Source: a bacterium (GTDB taxonomy: Bacteria; Electryoneota; Electryoneia; Electryoneales; Electryoneaceae). From it: 51,704 bases of DNA. Every line of letters starts with the position of its first letter. The first letter of the stretch is position 1. The DNA lies in the NCBI GenBank assembly GCA_043801585.1, contig JAZDLX010000161.1, positions 1-51,704 of the forward strand, written 5' to 3'. Position numbers and translations under genes: made by a program. Shown here piece by piece: positions 39,483 to 49,840 of this stretch. The notes under the pieces were generated by a model. It was not told the origin of the DNA, ran no database searches, and saw only the letters and a program-made list of their open reading frames with translations.

Positions 39483-41309
39483 ATGAATATTGTTCGCCGA
39501 TTCGCTGGATACCTGAAACCGCACACGGGACACATCGCCGCCACCTTGATTTCGACGGTGCTGTTCGTTGTGTTCTCCTCTGCGGCCTACTGGCTCGCCG
39601 CATCCTTTCTCACGGCGCTTTTCTCCGGTGGCATCCAGTCGCCCGAATCCGCTGATTCGATCAACGACATTTTGAACTACTGGACCGCCCGGCTGCTCCT
39701 CGGCGATTCGGCAAGCCAGACTCTGCTGCGCGCCGCGATTGCAATCGTTGTTGCGTTTCTGGGGAAGAACCTGTTCGGCTATCTCCAGCTCTGGTACGTC
39801 AGCTTTGTCGAACAGCGCGTGATCAAGGAGATCCGTGACGAGTTGATGGAACACCTGATGCGGCAGGACCTTTCCTTTTTTCAGACCGAACGGCGCGGCC
39901 ACCTGATTTCAACCATGCTGAACGACGTCGAGCAGCTCAACCTCGCCCTGAACAAGAGTTTTACCAAACTGATACGCGACCCACTGAACGCCATTGTCCT
40001 GCTTGTGCTACTCTTTGCAGTGTCCTGGAAGTTGACGCTCGCCGCTCTCGTCGTTGTGCCCGCCGTCGGATGGACGGTTCAGGTGCTCGCCCGGCGGATC
40101 AAGGGGCATGCTAGCAACGTTCAGGAACTGCTTGCCCGCCTTACCGGACAACTCCAGGAAACGCTCTCCGGTATGCGGATTGTCAAGGCTTTCACCAACG
40201 AACCTTTCGAGATCCACCGGTTTAAGGGATACACTACCGGACATTACCGAAGCGCGTTGAAACAGGAACGGTTGCGCCGCCTGGTCATCCCGCTCAACGA
40301 AATTGTTGGCGTTGTGATTATCTGTGCGATCCTCTATGGGGGCGGCGAACTTGTGCTCGTGCGCAAGAGCTTTGCCAGCGAAGATTTTGTCCGGTTCCTT
40401 GTGCTGCTCTTTGCGTTACTGAACCCTCTGCTTTCGTTGACAAACCTGATGGCCAACATCCGTGTCGCCGAGGCGTCGGGCGAACGTGTTTTCCGCCTTC
40501 TTGACACCGTCCCCCGTCTGCCGAAATCGAACCGTCCTCTATCGGCGAGAGAAATGACCGCTGGGTTCCGTTTCGAAGATGTGGGATTTCGCTATGCTCC
40601 CGATGCTCCCGACGTGCTCGATAGCATTTCGCTGGACATCCGCACGGGCGAAAAACTCGCCATCGTTGGACGTAGCGGGTCGGGCAAAACAACCCTGATC
40701 AACCTTCTGCCGCGTTTCATGGATCCCACTCGCGGCCGTATCCTTCTCGACGGTAACGATCTGCGTGACCTGGACCTGCATCAGCTCCGCTCCCTGTTTG
40801 GAATCGTTACACAGGAGGTGATTCTTTTCCACGACTCCATTGCGGAGAACATCGCCTACGGTCTCGCGGATGTGAACCCCAGACAAATTGTCGCCGCCGC
40901 CAAAGCCGCTCAGGCCGATGATTTCATTCGAGCGTTGCCGCAGGGCTATGACACCCTCGTCGGCGAACAGGGGTCCCTTTTCTCCGGAGGTCAGCGCCAG
41001 CGGATCAGCATCGCCCGGGCGCTGCTGCGTAATCCACACATCGTGATCCTCGACGAGGCCACCAGCGCTCTCGATTCCGAATCGGAGGACGCTGTCAGTA
41101 CCGCCCTGGAAACATTGACCGAGGGGCGGACGGTTGTGATCGTGACCCATCGCATTGCCTCGGTACGTAACGCCGACAGGATTGTCGTCATCGAACGTGG
41201 ACAGATTGTCGACATCGGAACCCACCGGCAGCTTCTTCGCCGCTGCACACTCTACAAAGAGCTCGCGTCCCACCAGCAGCTTGCGGAACCGGTGGAGGCA
41301 GAGGCATGA
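39483..41309 (+). CDS. ABC exporter, fused permease/ATPase (MsbA-like)
   Basis: TM domain followed by GRSGSGKT, FSGGQRQR, ILDEATSALD and THR. Lies in a glycan/LPS cluster. Confidence 0.9.
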   Translation: MNIVRRFAGYLKPHTGHIAATLISTVLFVVFSSAAYWLAASFLTALFSGGIQSPESADSINDILNYWTARLLLGDSASQTLLRAAIAIVVAFLGKNLFGYLQLWYVSFVEQRVIKEIRDELMEHLMRQDLSFFQTERRGHLISTMLNDVEQLNLALNKSFTKLIRDPLNAIVLLVLLFAVSWKLTLAALVVVPAVGWTVQVLARRIKGHASNVQELLARLTGQLQETLSGMRIVKAFTNEPFEIHRFKGYTTGHYRSALKQERLRRLVIPLNEIVGVVIICAILYGGGELVLVRKSFASEDFVRFLVLLFALLNPLLSLTNLMANIRVAEASGERVFRLLDTVPRLPKSNRPLSAREMTAGFRFEDVGFRYAPDAPDVLDSISLDIRTGEKLAIVGRSGSGKTTLINLLPRFMDPTRGRILLDGNDLRDLDLHQLRSLFGIVTQEVILFHDSIAENIAYGLADVNPRQIVAAAKAAQADDFIRALPQGYDTLVGEQGSLFSGGQRQRISIARALLRNPHIVILDEATSALDSESEDAVSTALETLTEGRTVVIVTHRIASVRNADRIVVIERGQIVDIGTHRQLLRRCTLYKELASHQQLAEPVEAEA

Positions 41310-42406
41310 TCCCGCAACGGGTGACAATGGTCTGCTCGAGTACCACCTGGGGCGGAACGGAAAAGTGGGCACTCCGAGCGGCAGAGCAACTACAGGCACG
41401 GAACATTGAGGTCACTTTTACGGGACGTTCTCCAGAACTGTTCGCCCGATTCGCCCGTTTCAAAATGCCGTTCCTGCAGCTTCCATTCGTCAACGAAGCG
41501 GACATTGCAACCGTTTTGCGTCTTGCTGTTCACCTGCGTTCACAGGACGCGGTGATCCTGACGCGGGTCCGCGATTACTGGCTCGGTGGACTCGCGGCGA
41601 GAATAGCCGGTACCCCGTCGCTGTTGAGGTTGGGAGTCGTTCGGCACTTGCGTAATCATTATTGGATGGATCGTTTGCGTTACGGCCTGCTGCCGTCGGC
41701 CGTTCTGGTCAATGCCCGGCCTATTGCCAACGCCCTGCAACGGACTCCCTGGATGCGCTCGCTATCGATCTCCATGATCTCAAACGGTGTCGATGCACCC
41801 GGAGCCGCCAGTGCTGAAGAAAAGGCGGAAGCCCGAACCGCGCTTTCCATTCCCAACAACGTTCTGTTGATCATTGGTACAGGGCGGCTGGCCATGGAGA
41901 AGCGGTGGCCTTTGCTTGTTCATGCCGTCGCGGAGCTGAAAAAGCGGGGCCTGTCCGTCCAGGGGGTTCTTCTTGGAGAAGGCGATCAGCGAGGGTCGCT
42001 GGAGCAGTTGATCGGGGAGCTTGATGTTTGGGACCAGATCACCCTCCCCGGCCACACCACCGACATCGACCGCTGGCTCTCCGCCGCGGATATCTTTGCT
42101 CAGCCATCAGAGAATGAAGGCCTTTCCAATTCGCTCCTCGAGGCGATGGGGAGAGGGTTGGCCTGCGTGTCTACCGCCACCGGTGGAGTGCGTGACCATT
42201 TTTCGGACGGCAGCGAGCTGCTGATTGCGAACGCCGAAGACGAGACGGGATTCATTGATCGCGTCGTTCACCTGGCGGAAGATCCACTGTTGCGTGCAGA
42301 GGTGGCTGGGAACGGGCTGCAATCTGTGCGGCAACATTTTACCTGGGAACGGATGACGGACCGCTTGATCGAGGTTCTCGATAACATGACCGGAGGGCGG
42401 AAATGA
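41306..42406 (+). CDS. Glycosyltransferase family 4
   Basis: WGGTEKW, NGVD, GRLAMEK, PSENEGLSNSLLEAM. Confidence 0.9.
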   Translation: MIPQRVTMVCSSTTWGGTEKWALRAAEQLQARNIEVTFTGRSPELFARFARFKMPFLQLPFVNEADIATVLRLAVHLRSQDAVILTRVRDYWLGGLAARIAGTPSLLRLGVVRHLRNHYWMDRLRYGLLPSAVLVNARPIANALQRTPWMRSLSISMISNGVDAPGAASAEEKAEARTALSIPNNVLLIIGTGRLAMEKRWPLLVHAVAELKKRGLSVQGVLLGEGDQRGSLEQLIGELDVWDQITLPGHTTDIDRWLSAADIFAQPSENEGLSNSLLEAMGRGLACVSTATGGVRDHFSDGSELLIANAEDETGFIDRVVHLAEDPLLRAEVAGNGLQSVRQHFTWERMTDRLIEVLDNMTGGRK

Positions 42407-43479
42407 ACATCGCGTTCGTGAACTCCGCCGACTCCTGGGGCGGAGGCGAGAAATGGACGTTGCGCACAGCACTGGAGCTGTCACGACGCGGGCACAAAAT
42501 TGTCCTCGTTGGACGCGAGGGGTCGCTGTTCGCAGACAGGGTTGCCAGGTCCGGCCTGCTCAACCACACACTGCCTTTCTCGTTCGACTATCATCCCGCC
42601 ACCATTCCCCGGCTGATGCGTCTCTTCCGCGAACATCGAACAGAGGTGGTGGTAGTTCATTTTAACAAGGACGTTCGCACGGCCGGCGTCGCCGCGAAGC
42701 TGCTTGGCATACCGGTGGTGCACCGTAACGGCTTTCCCATTCTGCACAACAACCTGCGTCACTGGATTACGGCACGGTTCATTGACCGCATCCTGACCAA
42801 CTCCGAGCGCATACGCGAAACATACTCCAGGTATGGCTGGCTGCGGCGCATTCCAACAGATGTCGTTCCGAACGGGCTCGAAGTTCCGGCTTCGCCGGGA
42901 AAGCACAACCCGGTCCGTCTTGGATTTCGCAGCAAGAACCTCGTCGCCGCCTATGTCGGAAGGTTGACCACTGTGAAACGTGTTGTCGATCTACTGAATG
43001 CCTTTGCCGTACTGCCAGAAACAAGCCCTTGGCGACTTGCCGTTCTCGGCTCCGGCAGCGAAGAATCAACCCTTCGGAACCGGGTTGCTGGCGATCCGAC
43101 GCTTTCGGAACGGGTTCATTTTCACGGGTTTGTGGAGTCCGCCGCTGAACTCGCGGGGTGTTCGGACATCGTGCTGCTTCCCTCCGAGGATGAGGGAATG
43201 CCAAACGCATTGATGGAAGCGATGGCGCGTGGCGTGCCCGTTGCCGCATCTCCCGTCGGCGACGTTCCGCTTCTCCTCGATCATGGCCGCGCAGGATTCC
43301 TCGTCCCTCTTCGCGACCCGGGGGCGTGGACCTCTCTGTTACTGGAACTCGAGACAGACAGCAAACGGCGGCGGGCGACGGGTAACGCCGGGCGCAAGAG
43401 AATTCTTGAGCAGTTTACGCTTGAAGCAATGATCGATGGGGTCGAGGCCTGCTTGTCCTCTGCCACACATGGCCGCTGA
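42403..43479 (+). CDS. Glycosyltransferase family 4
   Basis: WGGGEKW, VPNGL, VGRLTTVK, PSEDEGMPNALMEAMARG. Confidence 0.9.
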   Translation: MNIAFVNSADSWGGGEKWTLRTALELSRRGHKIVLVGREGSLFADRVARSGLLNHTLPFSFDYHPATIPRLMRLFREHRTEVVVVHFNKDVRTAGVAAKLLGIPVVHRNGFPILHNNLRHWITARFIDRILTNSERIRETYSRYGWLRRIPTDVVPNGLEVPASPGKHNPVRLGFRSKNLVAAYVGRLTTVKRVVDLLNAFAVLPETSPWRLAVLGSGSEESTLRNRVAGDPTLSERVHFHGFVESAAELAGCSDIVLLPSEDEGMPNALMEAMARGVPVAASPVGDVPLLLDHGRAGFLVPLRDPGAWTSLLLELETDSKRRRATGNAGRKRILEQFTLEAMIDGVEACLSSATHGR

Positions 43480-43505
43480 ACAATCCCTGCGTGTGTTGTC
43501 CTTCG

Positions 43506-43534
43506 TTGAAGTAATCCCCGCTTTACGGTACATT
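43506..43534 (+). promoter_or_regulatory. Candidate sigma70 promoter for the GT9 gene
   Basis: TTGAAG-17 nt-TACATT in the 43480-43596 intergenic gap. Confidence 0.4.
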
Positions 43535-43596
43535 CAACCAACTGGCCGCAAACCCCGACACGGCCGCAACGGTTTCATTTGACTGGAAATGTATTG

Positions 43597-44679
43597 ATGG
43601 CTGATCCTCTTTTTTCACGGCCCTGGTGGCGTGCTGCCGGGTTCCGCGTTCTCGGCGGAATCCTCAAGCCACACCGTAACCAATGGGCTCCGCTGCCAAA
43701 GAATCCGAGGCGGATTCTTGTGTTGCTACCTGTCCTCCGTGGCGACTACCTCGTCGCCACCCCCTTGATCGAGGCTCTTAGCCATGCCCGGCCGAGAGCT
43801 GAAATTGCTGTCGTAGTAACCCTCGCCAGCTATGACCTCGCCGTGGTCGATCCTTATGTTGACCGGGTAATTCTTTACGAGAAACTGCCTTGGTGGCCAC
43901 GTTCGATCTGGCACATCCTTCGTTACCACCCGGACATTGTGGTGCTGCCAAAGGGACATCCAGCAACCACCGAGAGCGGACTCGTCGCATTATCCGGAGC
44001 TCCCTTTCGTGTCGGGCTTTCCCACCCACACCATGACGCCCTGCTGACTCATCCGATCGCGCATGACTGGGACAACGAACACCGAACGGAGGCGTTCGCC
44101 CGGCTGCTGCAACCGTTCGGCCTGGATCCGGCCGAAGTCACCCGGAGGCTGCACATCGGCGTCGACCCGAACGCGGAAATCTGGGCGGAAAAGGTGATCG
44201 CCGCCGCTCCCCCCGCGATGCCAAGGATTGCGGTCAACATCTCCGCGGGGCAACCATCTCGCATCTGGCCCGCGAAAAACTGGTCGAAGCTGTTTTCCCT
44301 TCTGCTGAACCTTTATCCCGAGGCTGGATTCGTCGTGTTGGCTGCGCCATCAGACCGTTCGCTCGGAGAACAGCTTGCCCAGCGTGTTCCGCAGGCGAGT
44401 ACCTATACGACAAACACGATCCTTGAGGCATCCGCGCTGCTCTCCCGGTGTACTCTGGAAATCACCTGCGACACCGGGATGGTGCATGTCGCTTCGGCAC
44501 GGAATGTCCCGCAGGTCGTCCTGTACAACGGCGACCACGACCAGTACACCCGTTTCTCCCCGCAGGCCGTGAGCAACCGCTGCCTGCTGGCCTCGCCCGG
44601 GGAGTCGGTCGCAGCACACACCCCCGAGGCTGTGGCCGAAGCCGTCCACGGCTTGATGAAAGAAATCAATCAGGAATGA
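43597..44679 (+). CDS. Glycosyltransferase family 9 (heptosyltransferase-like)
   Basis: RILV...RGDYLVATPLIEAL, RIWP..NW, ITCDTGMVHVASA. Confidence 0.88.
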   Translation: MADPLFSRPWWRAAGFRVLGGILKPHRNQWAPLPKNPRRILVLLPVLRGDYLVATPLIEALSHARPRAEIAVVVTLASYDLAVVDPYVDRVILYEKLPWWPRSIWHILRYHPDIVVLPKGHPATTESGLVALSGAPFRVGLSHPHHDALLTHPIAHDWDNEHRTEAFARLLQPFGLDPAEVTRRLHIGVDPNAEIWAEKVIAAAPPAMPRIAVNISAGQPSRIWPAKNWSKLFSLLLNLYPEAGFVVLAAPSDRSLGEQLAQRVPQASTYTTNTILEASALLSRCTLEITCDTGMVHVASARNVPQVVLYNGDHDQYTRFSPQAVSNRCLLASPGESVAAHTPEAVAEAVHGLMKEINQE

Positions 44680-46709
44680 GGGACAAGACCAACAGCGCGG
44701 CGGTGGAAAAACCGCTGATGGTGGACGCTGCTCCTCCGGAGCTCTCGGAGGTGTGGTCGGCGGTTGGTCTGTTTTTATTGATTTTGCTGGTGTTTTCCGC
44801 TTTGTTTCTCCGCGGAGCCTCCCCCTGGTTGGTAACCCTGGGCATGATGTTACTCGTTCTGATTGCCCGGGTCGTCCGGCGCATTCCCGTGCCCCGCCGT
44901 CATCCCGCAACGATCTGGGCGTTGTTGGCGCTGCTGCTACCGTTGCCCTTCACCGCAGGACAAATGGCCGATTACACGTTGTATCCACCATTGCTTCTGG
45001 TTCTTGCGGTTGCATGGAGCACCGTCTGGCTGATCCGAACAGGGTCCGCCATTCGTTTTTCGGGATTGGGGCTGTTGACTCTCGGCGCGATGGCAGCGCT
45101 GCTTTCGTGGGGCGAGTCTCGAACCCCGGACAGCCTCTTCTCTGGCCCCGAAACAGCGCTTTCACTGGTTCTTCTTCTGATTGCGTTTTTCCCGTGGTTG
45201 TTGATGTTTCGAGGGGGTTACGGGGCCTCCGTCCTGGGGCTTTACGCGCTCACGCTCACGGGCGTTTTCGCCCCCGTAAATCTTGCCGCATTGTCCAACC
45301 TGTTTCTCAGATCGCCACTTTTGGGTCAATTCAATGGTTTGCTGGCGGGTCTGCTTCTGATCGTTGCCGTTCTGCTGTACCGCACCACGCTGAAGGAACG
45401 ACGGCTGTGGCGACAGAAAAATGCCTTGCGTGGACTGCTGCTCGCCATGCTGCCCCTGGCGCCCGTGCTTCTCTTTCTCGCTGTTTTCCATCCAGATACA
45501 CCTGCGGGAACCCCTTTTGCGGTGTACGGCGCGCTGCTTGGCCTTTCGCTGGCGGCCCGCGAGCGGTTGATCTACGAAGATCCTACACGGCACCCCCGGT
45601 CGACGCCCGCACCCTGGTGGGCGACATTTGAGGAAGCCCGGATTGCAGCCGGCGCTCTCGCGGCTTTCCTGTTTCGCCGCTCCGGCGGCGACACCGTTGA
45701 CGTGATGGAACCCCCTGGACGCCGGATTCTCGATCCCTCCGGCACAAAAATCGTCAACCCCTACAAGGATGGATCACCTCTTTGGATTCCCCTGGTGATG
45801 CATCTCCATTCGAATCGCTGGGAGGGCGCCTTCTCGGCGCTTGAGATCGTTTCACATTACACACGACTCGGAGCGGGATCGGTGATTCTGACTGATCACA
45901 ACCGTATCACACAGATTCCCCATCCAAACGCCGGTCCCTCCTCCTATGAGCACGGATGGGGACCCCATAACCATCATATCCTCGTTCTCGGCGCGACAAA
46001 AACAATCCCCGACGCCAACGCTTTCGGCGGCACCATTGATGACCACCGCCGGACCCTGGCGCGGTTGAAGCCGCTGTCGCAGTTCACGATTCTGGCACAT
46101 CCCCGTAGCGGCAACGCCTGGAGCCCGGAAGATGTTGCCTCCCTCGACTACGACGCTGTCGAATTGTTCAACAAATCCAGTGACGACACCTCGCCCTGGG
46201 ACGAGGCGCTGACCTCCGGCCTGCTCGTCTGGGGAACCGCAGGCGACGATTGCCATGACCTCCGCAGCCGTCACCAGACCGGAAAACGGTACCTTTTGCT
46301 GGACCTGCAGGGACTTCCAGGGATTGACGAGGGCATTCCACCTTCGCCCGCTATGGTCATCGAGGCGCTGCAATCCGGGCGATTCGTCGCGATGCGTCTC
46401 GCCGAACCCCCGGTACGCCGCCGTGTGACACGGCACCTGCCCGAACCGGACGCCCCCCGGATCGCCTCTTTTTCTCGAGAGGGGGATGTGCTCAACGTTC
46501 GGTTTGCGGATTCGGTTGAGGTTGCAACGGTCCTGTCAGACGGCGGAACCATCCTGCAGATGTACGAAAACTGCAGCAACGTGCGTCTCTCGGTTCCGAT
46601 GGGAGACCGTTACGTGCGTCTTGAGGTGTGTCACGGCGACCATATCCTCGCCCTGAACCCCCTCGCAAGGGTCGCGAAAGACGCCAGACTGCCTTGGCCA
46701 ACAAACTGA
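44676..46709 (+). CDS. Polytopic membrane protein fused to a PHP-family metallo-phosphoesterase domain
   Basis: About 300 aa of successive hydrophobic helices, then PHP motifs MHLHS, LTDHN, E...HHIL, LAHP, VELFN, GDDCHD. ATG overlaps the GT9 stop (ATGA). Confidence 0.75.
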   Translation: MRDKTNSAAVEKPLMVDAAPPELSEVWSAVGLFLLILLVFSALFLRGASPWLVTLGMMLLVLIARVVRRIPVPRRHPATIWALLALLLPLPFTAGQMADYTLYPPLLLVLAVAWSTVWLIRTGSAIRFSGLGLLTLGAMAALLSWGESRTPDSLFSGPETALSLVLLLIAFFPWLLMFRGGYGASVLGLYALTLTGVFAPVNLAALSNLFLRSPLLGQFNGLLAGLLLIVAVLLYRTTLKERRLWRQKNALRGLLLAMLPLAPVLLFLAVFHPDTPAGTPFAVYGALLGLSLAARERLIYEDPTRHPRSTPAPWWATFEEARIAAGALAAFLFRRSGGDTVDVMEPPGRRILDPSGTKIVNPYKDGSPLWIPLVMHLHSNRWEGAFSALEIVSHYTRLGAGSVILTDHNRITQIPHPNAGPSSYEHGWGPHNHHILVLGATKTIPDANAFGGTIDDHRRTLARLKPLSQFTILAHPRSGNAWSPEDVASLDYDAVELFNKSSDDTSPWDEALTSGLLVWGTAGDDCHDLRSRHQTGKRYLLLDLQGLPGIDEGIPPSPAMVIEALQSGRFVAMRLAEPPVRRRVTRHLPEPDAPRIASFSREGDVLNVRFADSVEVATVLSDGGTILQMYENCSNVRLSVPMGDRYVRLEVCHGDHILALNPLARVAKDARLPWPTN

Positions 46710-46737
46710 TTATCCCGGAATAAACACCGCTCCTTCG

Positions 46738-46767
46738 TTGACACCGCCCCGAGGTCCAGACTACCCT
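46738..46767 (+). promoter_or_regulatory. Candidate sigma70 promoter for the lpxH-like operon
   Basis: Perfect TTGACA, 18-nt spacer, TACCCT. Confidence 0.4.
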
Positions 46768-46799
46768 TTCCGCACCCTGGACATCTACCTTAGAGGATT

Positions 46800-47546
46800 A
46801 TGGAAACATCACAGGATCACCGTGTACTGATCATCGCCGACGCTCACCTCCCGCTCGACAATCGGCCGGACGGAGAACGAGAACGTGAGGCGTTTCGGAT
46901 GCTGTTGCGCCACTATCGCGACAGCCTGCAACTCCTTGTGTTGCTGGGCGATGTCTTCGATTTCTGGTACGAGTGGCGGCATGTGATCCCGAAACGGGCC
47001 TTTGGCATCCTCGCCGATCTGCGCGATCTCGTGGACAGCGGAGTGGAAACCCACTATTTCGCCGGAAACCATGATTTTCGGCTGTCAGGATTCCTCCGCG
47101 ATGATATCGGCCTGAAAATCCACATGGACGAATGGCGGGTGGTGCTGGACGAACGCCGTTACTGGTTCCATCACGGAGACGGTCTTGCCGCGAGCGATGT
47201 CAATTACCGCAGAATGAAACGTGTTTTTCGAAGTCCTCTGGCACAGGCGTTGTTTGGAAGGATCATTCACCCGGATCTCGCGATGGGATTGGGGCGTACA
47301 ACATCAGACGAAGGACGCAGGAAGAACCAGCGGCGGGAATCGATCTGGCCACCTGTTGAGGAGTACTATGCCGCCGCGCAGAGTGTCCTGAAATCGGGCG
47401 AAGATGTGGTCGTCGTCGGCCACACCCACATAGAGGAAACCAGGAAACTTGACGGTGGTGTGTTCCACAATCCTGGAGCATTTCATGTTGAGCGGCGTTA
47501 CAGCCTGATCGAGGGAGGGTTGCCGCACAGCGAGGTCTGGAGATGA
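46800..47546 (+). CDS. UDP-2,3-diacylglucosamine diphosphatase (LpxH-like calcineurin-type phosphoesterase)
   Basis: IADAHL, LLGDVFDFWYE, AGNHDF, HHGDG, GHTH, NPG. Adjacent to LPS genes. Confidence 0.8.
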   Translation: METSQDHRVLIIADAHLPLDNRPDGEREREAFRMLLRHYRDSLQLLVLLGDVFDFWYEWRHVIPKRAFGILADLRDLVDSGVETHYFAGNHDFRLSGFLRDDIGLKIHMDEWRVVLDERRYWFHHGDGLAASDVNYRRMKRVFRSPLAQALFGRIIHPDLAMGLGRTTSDEGRRKNQRRESIWPPVEEYYAAAQSVLKSGEDVVVVGHTHIEETRKLDGGVFHNPGAFHVERRYSLIEGGLPHSEVWR

Positions 47547-49840
47547 ACCGATCGATGCACCGCAACCGCCTCATGGGGGGCACCATGCCTGCCACGGGCC
47601 GCCGGAAACCCGGAGGAAGCGGCCCTTCGATGGGTGCCGTGATGATCGGTGCGTTTGCACTCGCGCTCGCCCTCGGAGCGCTTGGCCTCGCCCTTGCACA
47701 GGCCCTCTCCACCGACCTGCCAAGCCTCGAACAGCTGGAAATCTACAAACCACGGTTGATTACAAAAGTACTGGGCAACGACGGTTCGGTGATCAAGGAG
47801 TTTTACACCGAACGGCGGGTGCAAGTGCCCCTGAACGATATTTCGCCCTACCTGGTGGAGGCGGTTCTTGCCACGGAAGATCGCCGCTTTTACAGCCACT
47901 GGGGAATCGACCCGCTCGGCATCGGACGTGCCGTGATCGTCAACCTCGCAACGTTCAGCCGCACGGAGGGGGCTTCCACGTTGACTCAGCAGCTTGCGAG
48001 AAACCTTTACCTCCACATGCGCAAGACCTGGAGCCGAAAGATCCGGGAAGCGATCACCGCCATTCAGATCGAACGGACCTACGCCAAGGACGAAATTCTG
48101 CAGATGTATTTCACGCAGATGTATTTCGGTCATGGCGCCTATGGCATCCAGTCCGCGGCAAAATTCTATTTCGGCGTGAACGCCTCCGAGCTTACACTTC
48201 CCGAATCCGCCCTGCTCGTCGGATTGCTCAAGGCTCCCAACTACTATACACCCTACCGCAACCCAAACGAAGCTCTCCGCCGGCGCAATACCGTTCTGCA
48301 CAACATGATGAGGGCAGGATACGTCTCCAAAGCGGAATACCGGTGGGCGAGTAGAAGTCCGATCGAGCTCTCCGAATCGGGGGACGACGACCTCGGGATC
48401 GGTCCCTACTTCACGGAGTGGGTGCGAAGGAAGCTGGAGGACATGCAGGAGCAGTACGGTTTTGATTATTACCGCGACGGCCTGACTGTCGAAACAACGC
48501 TCGATCCGATTATTCAGGAGGCCACCGACGTTGCTGTTGACAGCCACTTGACCGTTTTCCAACGCCAGTTCAACGCGCGATTCAAGCGCAGCGGCCTGTA
48601 CGACTGGTTGGTCGAGTCCTACCGCGATACCCTGGTTGCACAAGGGCTGATGTTCTCAAACAGCGACTCTGTTGTCGAACACACCCCGGAGGAGCTTGCA
48701 TTTCAGGGCGCCATGGAGGATTCGGCGCAGACCCTTGCTCGCGCGATCATGAGTGATTCCGTTGCTGTGGACAGTGTTCTGAAAAAACACTTTACGATTC
48801 AGGTGGCGTTTATTGCGATGGATCCCCTCACGGGCGACGTATGGTCGATGGTCGGCGGACGGGACTTCCATAAATCGAAATGGAACCGGGCCGTCCAGAT
48901 GGAACGGCAGCCGGGCTCGGTGTTCAAGCCATTCGTCTACACCACGGCAATCGATAACGGCATCTACGCCAACTACAAGATTCTGAACATGGTTCAGCCA
49001 TTGCTGCTGGATGATGGTACCTGGTGGCGTCCGGAGAATTACAATGTGGGCAATCGCGGAGAATACGTCACTCTGCGCTATGCCCTGAAAAAATCGCTGA
49101 ACAACGTCACCGTTCGAATGGTCGCCGGTGAAGACCACATCGTTCCGGTGCGGGAAATCATCCGCTACGCACATCGGATGGGTATCACCAGCCGCTTGCG
49201 GGCCGTTCCCGCAATGGCGCTCGGCGCCAACGACGTCATTCCGATCGATATCGTGGACGCCTTCGGCGTGTTTGACAACGGCGGCGTTCGCTGCACGCCA
49301 CGCTCGATCACCCGCATTGAGGATCGCAACGGGCAGGAGGTCGCAACCTTTGGCGTGGAACGAGAGGTCGTTCTCTCCGAGGAGACCGCCGCAATCATGG
49401 TCGACCTGATGCGAGGCGTGATGGATGACGGCACCGGTGGTTCGGCTCGGTGGCGTTGGGGATTCCGTTACCCGGCAGGCGGCAAGACCGGAACGACGAA
49501 CAATTTCACGGACGCCTGGTTCGTCGGGTACACGCCGAAAATCGTGGCCGGCATCTGGGTTGGCTTCGACGACCCCAAGATCAGCCTCGGCCCCTCGATG
49601 TCGGGCGCTGTTGCGGCATTACCGGTCTGGGCGGTTTTCATGAACGAAGCCTACCGTTTGAAACGGTGGAAATCGGAAGACTTCGAACTGCCGGTGGGCG
49701 TTATCAAGGTGCCGGTGTGCGAGGACAGCGGGATGAGGGCAGGGCCGTATTGTCCGCATGTGTACGAGGAGCTGTTCCGTCGAGGTGACGAGCCTACAGA
49801 GCCGTGCACGGAACACAGCGCGCCGGGAGGGGGATGGTGA
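47543..49840 (+). CDS. Class A penicillin-binding protein (PBP1A family)
   Basis: Transglycosylase motifs ATEDRRF, GASTLTQQLARN, RKIRE, YFGHGAYG. Transpeptidase motifs SVFK, SLN, KTGTTN. Cys/His-rich tail. Confidence 0.95.
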   Translation: MNRSMHRNRLMGGTMPATGRRKPGGSGPSMGAVMIGAFALALALGALGLALAQALSTDLPSLEQLEIYKPRLITKVLGNDGSVIKEFYTERRVQVPLNDISPYLVEAVLATEDRRFYSHWGIDPLGIGRAVIVNLATFSRTEGASTLTQQLARNLYLHMRKTWSRKIREAITAIQIERTYAKDEILQMYFTQMYFGHGAYGIQSAAKFYFGVNASELTLPESALLVGLLKAPNYYTPYRNPNEALRRRNTVLHNMMRAGYVSKAEYRWASRSPIELSESGDDDLGIGPYFTEWVRRKLEDMQEQYGFDYYRDGLTVETTLDPIIQEATDVAVDSHLTVFQRQFNARFKRSGLYDWLVESYRDTLVAQGLMFSNSDSVVEHTPEELAFQGAMEDSAQTLARAIMSDSVAVDSVLKKHFTIQVAFIAMDPLTGDVWSMVGGRDFHKSKWNRAVQMERQPGSVFKPFVYTTAIDNGIYANYKILNMVQPLLLDDGTWWRPENYNVGNRGEYVTLRYALKKSLNNVTVRMVAGEDHIVPVREIIRYAHRMGITSRLRAVPAMALGANDVIPIDIVDAFGVFDNGGVRCTPRSITRIEDRNGQEVATFGVEREVVLSEETAAIMVDLMRGVMDDGTGGSARWRWGFRYPAGGKTGTTNNFTDAWFVGYTPKIVAGIWVGFDDPKISLGPSMSGAVAALPVWAVFMNEAYRLKRWKSEDFELPVGVIKVPVCEDSGMRAGPYCPHVYEELFRRGDEPTEPCTEHSAPGGGW

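Noticed and set aside
44448..44675. N-terminal extension of the 753-aa ORF
   Set aside because: It overlaps the GT9 gene. ATG 44676 gives a standard ATGA coupling.
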